Shown here in pieces: positions 8,982-15,311 of a stretch of 29,876 bases of DNA (its first letter is position 1; the number at the start of each line of letters is the position of its first letter). The stretch is taken from NCBI GenBank assembly GCA_001774245.1, contig MEZF01000047.1:69601-99476 (forward strand). Direction: 5' to 3'. The notes beneath the pieces are model-generated. The model saw only the letters and a program-made list of their open reading frames with translations. It searched no databases and was not told the DNA's origin. The position numbers and the translations under genes are program-made. The DNA comes from Candidatus Bathyarchaeota archaeon RBG_13_52_12. Lineage in GTDB: Archaea > Thermoproteota > Bathyarchaeia > TCS64.

Positions 8982-9809
8982 ATGAGCTTCGAGTACCCGG
9001 AGGCGAGGCTCCTCGCCGGACAACTGGACGCGACTATCAAAGGGAAGAAAATCGAGTCATACGACCTCAAGGACTACGAAAAGATTCACAGGATAGGCTT
9101 CATCAACAGAGACCTCGACGACTTCAAACGACTCGTCGGTAGGACAGTCATGGGAGCGGGGAGCAGCGGGAACACGATTCGCGTAAGGCTTGACAATGGC
9201 ATGAACCTTTTGCTGGCACCAGAGTACGGTGGCGTCATCCTCTACCACCGAGCCGGTGACGACGCGAAGTATCATCTCAGAATCGGTTTCACCGGGGGTG
9301 ATTCACTCACCGTCCGCCTCATTAGCATGGGCGTCATCTACGCGGCTGACGATGATCAGCTTGACGGCGTCTACATATACAGGCGAGACTATCGTGGAGC
9401 CTCCTCCCCAGGAGACCTTACGCCCGAGCGATTCACAGAGCTCATCACAGCTAAGGCTACGCAGCTCAAACCTCTGCTCGTCGGGAAGAACGCAGCCGTG
9501 TCAGGCCTCAGCAACAGCGCTTACCAAGACGTGCTCTACCGTGCGGGCATCCACCCGCGTAGGAAGTCATCCGAACTGTCATCGAACCAGATCAATGCCC
9601 TCTACGACGCTGTTAAAGCCCTTATTGAGGAGAGACTAAGGCAGGGTGGGAAAGACGAGATCCTCGACCTCTTCGGCAAGAAGGGCGGGTACACTCCCGT
9701 CATGGGCCCGAACATGAAGGATCGACTCTGCCCCCGATGTGGGGCCAAGGTAGAGAGGACGGCGCTGGGTGGGGGCCAGGTCCATTACTGCCCCGGCTGC
9801 CAGATTTGA
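8982..9809 (+). CDS. Fpg/Nei-family DNA glycosylase-like protein (divergent)
   Basis: N-terminal EYPEA, H2TH region SGLSNSAYQDVLYRAGIHP, and C4 zinc finger CPRC..CPGCQ. Confidence 0.85.
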   Translation: MSFEYPEARLLAGQLDATIKGKKIESYDLKDYEKIHRIGFINRDLDDFKRLVGRTVMGAGSSGNTIRVRLDNGMNLLLAPEYGGVILYHRAGDDAKYHLRIGFTGGDSLTVRLISMGVIYAADDDQLDGVYIYRRDYRGASSPGDLTPERFTELITAKATQLKPLLVGKNAAVSGLSNSAYQDVLYRAGIHPRRKSSELSSNQINALYDAVKALIEERLRQGGKDEILDLFGKKGGYTPVMGPNMKDRLCPRCGAKVERTALGGGQVHYCPGCQI

Positions 9810-9872
9810 AGCGCATGCGATCAGCGTGCTGATTCGTTAATTCTTGGCCTACCTCTCCCTACGTGCATGTGA

Positions 9873-10101
9873 GTAGATGAGACTGTTTCGACCGGGTTCT
9901 CGGATCTCGAGGTGATCAGGAACTTATAGCAGCAGGATATTCAACATGGGGGATATCACAATCAAGACTCAGAGTGAGAGGGACTTCACTAAGAGGATGG
10001 TCAAGGTGAGGGATCCGATGCGGGTCGCCAATTTAATCAGAGACGTGATGGCCAGGCAGTTATTCAAGCTTGATGAGCGTAGCACTGGAAAAATTAATTA
10101 A
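9873..10101 (+). pseudogene. Remnant of a bacterial-PH-domain (DUF304-like) protein
   Basis: Frame 1 reads VDETVSTGFSDLEVIRNL then TAG at 9927. After a shift the sequence reads SRIFNMGDITIKTQSERDFTKRMVKVRDPMRVANLIR, matching the recalled R.fn.GdI.I.T...v.dP..v pattern. Confidence 0.45.
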
Positions 10102-10182
10102 ACGTATTTTTTACGCGCTAGGACATTGAGAAGAGCAAATAGTAAAAAGTTCCGCGCGCGCCTGCTTCTACGTACAGCGCAC

Positions 10183-11019
10183 TTATGTGAGTTCGGACAG
10201 CTGTTTCTTTATTCTTTTTCGGACGTCATCGGATGCTTTTCTGGCACGAATAAGCAGTCTTAGTTTAATGTCAGATACTGAGTCGGGATAAAAGGATAGA
10301 ATGAGGTCTCGTGCACTCTGTACATAAATGGAGTCGGCTTCGATAAGAGTGTAAAATTGTTCGAAAAGTGAATTATAGAGTTCTGCCTGCGGAAGAAGTT
10401 CTGATATGATTGTAAACGCTTGGTGTCTATTCTCCTCCGTCTCCTCCATGTTTATTGTGAACTGATTTAGTGGACCTAAGAATACTTTGGAATATACGAC
10501 TCTTTTGTCTTCATCTGAGTTTTTAACAAAATTCTTTATTATAGCTAGTATCTCTTTTTTACGAATTTTTTTGTTTAGTATGTTGTTGATCGTTTTTAAT
10601 GATTCAGCGTCATAGGTTGTTTTTCCCTTGCTTTCTTGTTCTAAAGTAGTAATACCCATGTCAATCAATGCTTCATCATTGGATTGGATTAGGTCTAGGT
10701 ACTCTCTTAGTAATTCTGGTTGTATTTCGTTGTCGTAGAGTTTTTTTTCCATGATTCTTGTTAAATAGCTAAAGAGATGTCTTACTGAGGCTGTTAGCTT
10801 TACTTTTCGTTGTCTTCCATGGATGCCTTTTTCGCTAGTGCTTTGGATTATGTGCAGTTCCTCTAGCTCTTTTAGCGCTCTTGATATGTTGCCCTGGTCT
10901 TTCTTGAGGGTGCTTGTCAGTTCGTTGACCGAGAGTTGTTTGTCCGGGTATAGGATTTGAATAATCGCGTAGTGTTGCAAGATTTTTAAAAGTAATTTCG
11001 GCTCGGTTGAAACGGACAT
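10183..11019 (-). CDS. Winged-helix (MarR/ArsR-like) DNA-binding protein with alpha-helical C-terminal region
   Basis: LSVNELTSTLKKDQGNISRALKELEELHII is a wHTH. The gene is strongly AT-rich compared with its neighbours. Confidence 0.75.
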   Translation of the reverse strand: MSVSTEPKLLLKILQHYAIIQILYPDKQLSVNELTSTLKKDQGNISRALKELEELHIIQSTSEKGIHGRQRKVKLTASVRHLFSYLTRIMEKKLYDNEIQPELLREYLDLIQSNDEALIDMGITTLEQESKGKTTYDAESLKTINNILNKKIRKKEILAIIKNFVKNSDEDKRVVYSKVFLGPLNQFTINMEETEENRHQAFTIISELLPQAELYNSLFEQFYTLIEADSIYVQSARDLILSFYPDSVSDIKLRLLIRARKASDDVRKRIKKQLSELT

Positions 11020-11108
11020 AGATTATAGTTGAAGGATAAGAATATTAATGTCTTCCTTATAATAAAGTTAAAAATATTTATATGTATATAGAACCATAAT
11101 AATATTAG

Positions 11109-11240
11109 ATGCATATGAATAATGGGGATGAGATGCTGGAGTCGATTCGAACTGGACTGACTGGAGTAAAATACACAAGATTTTCGATTAACTCTCTGCC
11201 AAGTTCAGCAAACGTGTTGGAGGTGGAGTTAAATGGTTGA
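11109..11240 (+). CDS. Possible 43-aa leader ORF overlapping the parB start
   Basis: ATG 11109 to TGA 11238-11240, overlapping parB ATG 11233 by 8 nt. No recognisable homology. Confidence 0.2.
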   Translation: MHMNNGDEMLESIRTGLTGVKYTRFSINSLPSSANVLEVELNG

Positions 11241-12372
11241 GAAAGTGATTCGGCTAAGTGACATAAGGACGAACCCTTATCAAACAAGGATCTTGAGCTA
11301 TGAGAAGGAGGACGCTGTACTTAAGAACTCGATATTGGTTAGCGGGATGCATGTGAAACCAATCGTTAGGTCTCATCCATCTATACCGGGTAAATTTTTT
11401 ATTGTTGACGGGCAGCGGAGGGTGAACGCGGCTACGGCGCTGGGATGGATAGAGATTGAGGTGGAGGTAGTTGATTTCTCCGACAAGGGGGCCGCGGAGG
11501 CGACGTTGAATACTAATCTTCATCGTAAAGGCCTGAACCCAGTTGAGGAGGCGATGGGCTACAGGTTGTTGGTCAGTGAGTTCGGGTACACGGAGCAGAT
11601 GGTCGCTGACCGATACGGGAAATCCAGGTCCTCTATAGCCAATAGGTTAAGGCTGCTTGAGATGCCCCTCTTCCTGAAGATGGGTGTTTTGTGCCAAACG
11701 CTTTCGCCGTGGCAAGCCTTAACGATCATGATGCTCCCGAAAGAGTATCGACGCTGGGAATTGGGGAGCCTCGCAATGGGCTGGTCCCTCACCCGAAAAG
11801 AGCTGAGGTCCATCGTTGAGAGTGTCAAGGGTGGCGAGGTCTTCGTCAGTTGGCACCGTGTGGTGCCAGTCGCTGGTTTATGGCGGGCGGCTAGAAGCGG
11901 ATCGACTAGTGAGGAGCATGAAGGGATGCCTAAGATGGACTTGAATCATTCGGAGCCGGTGGCTTGCTACCCGTATGGCTACGTCGTGGATGGGTATGAA
12001 ACGGTTAGGCGCGCCCGAGCGGAGGGCGTTAAGCAGCTGGCCGTTGAAGTGTTCTTCGAAGTGGAGTGGCTTCGTGAGAAGCCGCTGTTGGATGTCCCGG
12101 GTGACGCCGGCTACGTTGATGAGTCGATGCCAAGGATCATACCAAGGCTGAGTGCGGAGCAGGAGAAGAACATGAATTTATTTCTCAATCTGCTGAAGGG
12201 CAGGGAGAAGGATTACCCTGCTCTCTGCGTTGTGCACATGGCTGAGAGGAACGTGTTAGATCTTCCTGAGGCAAAGCCTGTGGTGGGCGGGACGAAACCC
12301 AGCCGCAAGGCTAAGGCGGTTCTCGTAGGACTGTTCCCGGCTTGCCTCGTGGATGAGGTCTCTAAGGAGTAA
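11233..12372 (+). CDS. parB: ParB/Spo0J-family protein with HTH and a second degenerate ParB-N domain
   Basis: IRTNPYQTR, PIVR, IVDGQRRVNAA, NTNLHRKGLNPVEEA and GKSRSSIANRLRLL align to Spo0J. C-terminal EPVACYPYGYVVDGYETVRRARAEGVKQLAVEV. SD GGAGGTG. Confidence 0.92.
   Translation: MVEKVIRLSDIRTNPYQTRILSYEKEDAVLKNSILVSGMHVKPIVRSHPSIPGKFFIVDGQRRVNAATALGWIEIEVEVVDFSDKGAAEATLNTNLHRKGLNPVEEAMGYRLLVSEFGYTEQMVADRYGKSRSSIANRLRLLEMPLFLKMGVLCQTLSPWQALTIMMLPKEYRRWELGSLAMGWSLTRKELRSIVESVKGGEVFVSWHRVVPVAGLWRAARSGSTSEEHEGMPKMDLNHSEPVACYPYGYVVDGYETVRRARAEGVKQLAVEVFFEVEWLREKPLLDVPGDAGYVDESMPRIIPRLSAEQEKNMNLFLNLLKGREKDYPALCVVHMAERNVLDLPEAKPVVGGTKPSRKAKAVLVGLFPACLVDEVSKE
11685..11700. promoter_or_regulatory. 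Degenerate parS-like site inside parB
   Basis: TGTTTTGTGCCAAACG is 13/16 identical to the downstream palindrome core. Confidence 0.45.
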
Positions 12373-12435
12373 GTCCTCACGATGGTGATGAGAGGCGCTG
12401 CCGGCTCAGGGCCTGATGCCCTCGTTCTAGACTCG

Positions 12436-12453
12436 ATGTTTTGCGCAAAACAT
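12436..12453. promoter_or_regulatory. parS-like perfect 18-bp palindrome
   Basis: ATGTTTTGCGCAAAACAT lies 64 bp after the parB stop. Its core matches bacterial parS TGTTTCACGTGAAACA at 12/16 positions with symmetric changes. Confidence 0.65.
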
Positions 12454-12504
12454 GGTACAGCGCAGAAGCCGCCTTATACTGCACTGATGGTCGGACACTC
12501 AGGC

Positions 12505-12526
12505 GCTATGGGAGCAGTCCCATAGC
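12505..12526. repeat. Perfect 9-bp stem hairpin
   Basis: GCTATGGGA-gcag-TCCCATAGC. Confidence 0.6.
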
Positions 12527-13237
12527 TGAACCGTTCTAGCTGATGAGGCAGTTGGCTGCAGCGGCAACTCAGGGAGCTTAGGTGGCTGTGGCGGCTCATG
12601 GCTGCGGCTGTGGTGGCATCTGAAGGCTACGAAGCTGCTGCGAGGCTCTCTAAAGAGGAGTCATTACACCTCTCTGGTGTGGCTCTGGCTAAGCCCTCCT
12701 GGGTCCTGAAGGCTTTGGTCAGCTTTTCTCTCGAGTCCCTTCAGCTGAACGGCCGGCTCTCCCCCGATGATGACTATGTTCGGTCGCTCCTCTGGCTGCC
12801 CGCTGGTCTGCCGTGGTCGAGGGGGCTGGGCGACGGTTGATCTGGCTGGCTGCGGTTGCGGTTGAAAGCTTAGTTGAGGCGTTAGTTGGGCTGGTTGAGC
12901 AATCGGTAGAGTCGGCAGAAGTCTTTCAGCGTTTACAACCTCCCCCATAGGAACCGTGCTAACCGCCTCAACCTTCTCAGCCGTCTGTACCGGCCTCTCA
13001 ACAGAGACAGCCGGCGCAACCGACTTCTCTACCGAGTCAGCCGGAACCACCGACTGCGGCTGCCCAGCCACTGGAGCCGGCTGATTCTTGGGGGAGCGCG
13101 CAACCCAACTGGAATCTTCTTCGGATCGTACCCGCCTACCACCAAATTATCGAATATTTTAGCGCAGGCACTTGTTGCGGTTTTTCTGGTCTAGAGGGTG
13201 TGCTCATGGTCGGTGCCGGCCGTACCCCACCTTCTAA

Positions 13238-13450
13238 TCGATAAAACAGTTATTTATCGAAAGTAGTTTGGAGAAGATTCAATGGATGATTTTTAACAAG
13301 CATCCATCAGTTGATGAAAAGGTCAATCGGCTTCTGAAACTATAAGGGCTGCGCACTCGGCAGCGCGACTACACTCTCTCCTAAATGCTACGCGCACGCA
13401 AAAGCCACTCCAGAGCACATACTGTCAATGACCTTTTGACATGATGTGCT
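13238..13450. repeat. Cluster of inverted repeats
   Basis: TCGATAAA-N7-TTTATCGA (13238-13260); ATGGATG-N12-CATCCAT (13282-13307); 15-bp arms with 2 mismatches around N7 (13414-13450). Confidence 0.7.
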
Positions 13451-13535
13451 TCTGCATACCGACGACTCTCCGCATCTATTTTAATTCGTGGTTAAGTATA
13501 ACCATGTTCCAGCGTATTCACGAGTTGAATTTGAT

Positions 13536-14636
13536 ATGTGGAGACTCTTAGATCTAGGGGCCGTCGACGGCTATACGATGACAAACCTCTACGAGGCAGT
13601 CGCAAAAACGGTGAGCGAGGGGTCATCACCAAACACAGTCATACTCGACCACCCGGCGAATCCCTTCGTCAACATCGGCTACCACCAGATGATGGAGAAA
13701 GAGATTAACATCGAATACGCCCGTGAAATGGGCTTCAGCCTCGTAAGAAGAACCATCGGCGGAGGAGCGATCCTAGACGGCCCCTGGGAGCAGGACTACT
13801 TCGCGGTCGTCAACAGAAAAAGCCCAGACTGCCCTCCTACTATACCTGAGTTCTACGAAAAGTTCACAAGACCCGCGATATACGCCCTTAAATGCTTTGG
13901 CCTGGAGGCACAGCTTCGAAAACCGAATGACTTGACCGTCGGAGGAAGAAAAATTTCGGGGAACGGCGCCATAACCATCGACCAAGCCAACGTCTTGGCC
14001 GGAGACATCCTCATGCAGACGCCCGCCGACCTGATGAGCAAGATTATCAAGGCCCCCAGCGAGAAGTTCAAGGACAAACTCGCCGACTCTATGACCCAGT
14101 GGTTAACGTCCCTTGAAAGGGAACTCGGAGAGGTCCCTAACCGGGAGGATGTGAGGAGCCGCCTCGTCGAGGGGTATGAGAAAGAGATCGGTGTAACCCT
14201 AATACTGGGTACACTGACGGAGAAGGAGAGCGGCTACTTAGAGGAGCTCTTAGAGGAGAGAAGAGGCGAGGACTGGATCTTCTCCAAGGATCTCGAGCTC
14301 AGGCACCTATTATCGGATGAGGGTAGAGGGGCTAAGGTGAAGGAGGGGGTGACGGTGTTGGAGTCAGTCTACAAGGCAGGCAAGATGGTTAGGGTCACTG
14401 TGGTTGCTCGTGACAATAAGATTGATGGGATTTCTATTTCAGGTGACTTCTTCACGCAGCCGTTCATGGGTGCCATCTCAAAGCTGGAAGGAGCACTGGT
14501 GGGTGTGGAGCTTGAGGAGGCGCCGCTTTTGAGCGCTGTTTCTGAAGTCTTTGCGGCTACGGGGATCAAGGTTCTTGGAGCAGCTTCTGAGGACTTTGTT
14601 GCCGCTATTCTGAAGGCGAAGGAGTATCTTAGATAG
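13536..14636 (+). CDS. lplA: Lipoate-protein ligase A family
   Basis: MWRLLDLG, RRTIGGGAI, KPNDL and GRKISGNG, with a C-terminal ISGDFF domain. ATG 13536 is ~30 nt after TTAAGTATAA. Confidence 0.9.
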   Translation: MWRLLDLGAVDGYTMTNLYEAVAKTVSEGSSPNTVILDHPANPFVNIGYHQMMEKEINIEYAREMGFSLVRRTIGGGAILDGPWEQDYFAVVNRKSPDCPPTIPEFYEKFTRPAIYALKCFGLEAQLRKPNDLTVGGRKISGNGAITIDQANVLAGDILMQTPADLMSKIIKAPSEKFKDKLADSMTQWLTSLERELGEVPNREDVRSRLVEGYEKEIGVTLILGTLTEKESGYLEELLEERRGEDWIFSKDLELRHLLSDEGRGAKVKEGVTVLESVYKAGKMVRVTVVARDNKIDGISISGDFFTQPFMGAISKLEGALVGVELEEAPLLSAVSEVFAATGIKVLGAASEDFVAAILKAKEYLR

Positions 14637-14755
14637 CACGCGCGATCTCGTATATGCTGAAGAGAGTAATTATTTTCTTCATGTACCGGCGGTACTATGG
14701 TGGAAAATTGTCAATAATGGAGAGCTATTTAGCGCGCGCGAACTGGACAGGAGAG

Positions 14756-14935
14756 TTAAGATCTTCCGAATCTGCTGAAGGCGATGGCGTCGACTATTAG
14801 TACAGCAACGCTCATGGCGGCAACAATCGCGAGGTCGAAGAGCACCGCGGAGCTCGCCAGAGGAGCACCTCTCACGAAGACGGATGTCAGAGCATCCGTG
14901 ACATAGTAGCTTGGAACGAGCCTGCCAACGGACTG
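14756..14935 (-). pseudogene. 3' remnant of an ABC-2 type permease
   Basis: QSVGRLVPSYYVTDALTSVFVRGAPLASSAVLFDLAIVAAMSVAVLIVDAIAFSRFGRS*. It resembles the C-terminus of the intact permease at 18077-18808; no start codon. Confidence 0.65.
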
Positions 14936-15021
14936 AGAGCTATGGACATTAGGACCTTGATTCAGTCAAGTGTAAACGACCCCTTATCTCGTGTGGAACC
15001 ACCGTAGAAAACCTTAATACT

Positions 15022-15040
15022 TATCCCATCCCCCCGGATA
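15022..15040 (+). promoter_or_regulatory. CsoR-family operator
   Basis: TATCC-catcccccc-GGATA (inverted arms around a C-tract) lies between the TATA-like CCTTAATAC and the csoR ATG. Confidence 0.65.
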
Positions 15041-15044
15041 GGAT

Positions 15045-15311
15045 ATGACCGTTCACAAGCAGAGAAAAAACGTCCGAGACCGCCTAGTAAGAGCCGAGGG
15101 TCATCTGCATGGGATCATAAAGATGATCGACGAGGAGAAGGAATGTCCAGACATTCTCATACAGATCGCTGCAGTCCGAGCCGCCCTCGAGAAAGCCGGC
15201 GCAATCATCCTAGAGGACCATCTTGAACACTGCCTAATCGAAGCGGTCAAATCAGGCGACATTGAACCACAGCTCGATGAACTCAAGGCAGCCCTCCAGA
15301 AGCTCCTTTAG
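15045..15311 (+). CDS. csoR: CsoR/RcnR-family metal-sensing repressor (InrS-like fingerprint)
   Basis: RAEGHL..I..M, ECPDILIQIAAVR and EDHLEHC (Cys-His-Cys), plus an N-terminal His4. Confidence 0.93.
   Translation: MTVHKQRKNVRDRLVRAEGHLHGIIKMIDEEKECPDILIQIAAVRAALEKAGAIILEDHLEHCLIEAVKSGDIEPQLDELKAALQKLL

Larger units (their letters stand above)
12400..13207 (-). pseudogene. Decayed Pro/Gln-rich low-complexity gene
   Basis: ATG 13207 (MSTPSRPEKPQQVPALKYSI) followed by frame breaks. The open segment 13146-12664 is followed by further P/Q-rich segments (EPPQPPKLPELPLQP) in shifted frames. Confidence 0.4.
10110..13450. mobile_element. Accessory island, probably a decayed integrated plasmid or virus remnant
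   Basis: Sharp AT-rich shift at ~10.1-11.2 kb, orphan ParB, a frameshifted low-complexity gene and a dense cluster of inverted repeats. It is flanked by a pseudogene and by housekeeping lplA. No integrase or att duplication was found, so the boundaries are approximate. Confidence 0.5.

Noticed and set aside
8796-9023. 75-aa minus-strand ORF
   Set aside because: It overlaps both the CLC end and the Fpg start, crosses (CG)n tracts and has no recognisable motif.
12598-12840. 80-aa plus-strand ORF
   Set aside because: Antisense shadow of the P/Q-rich decayed gene.
13414-13450. dif/XerA site
   Set aside because: Arm sequence and 15-7-15 geometry do not match the 11-6-11 archaeal dif pattern.
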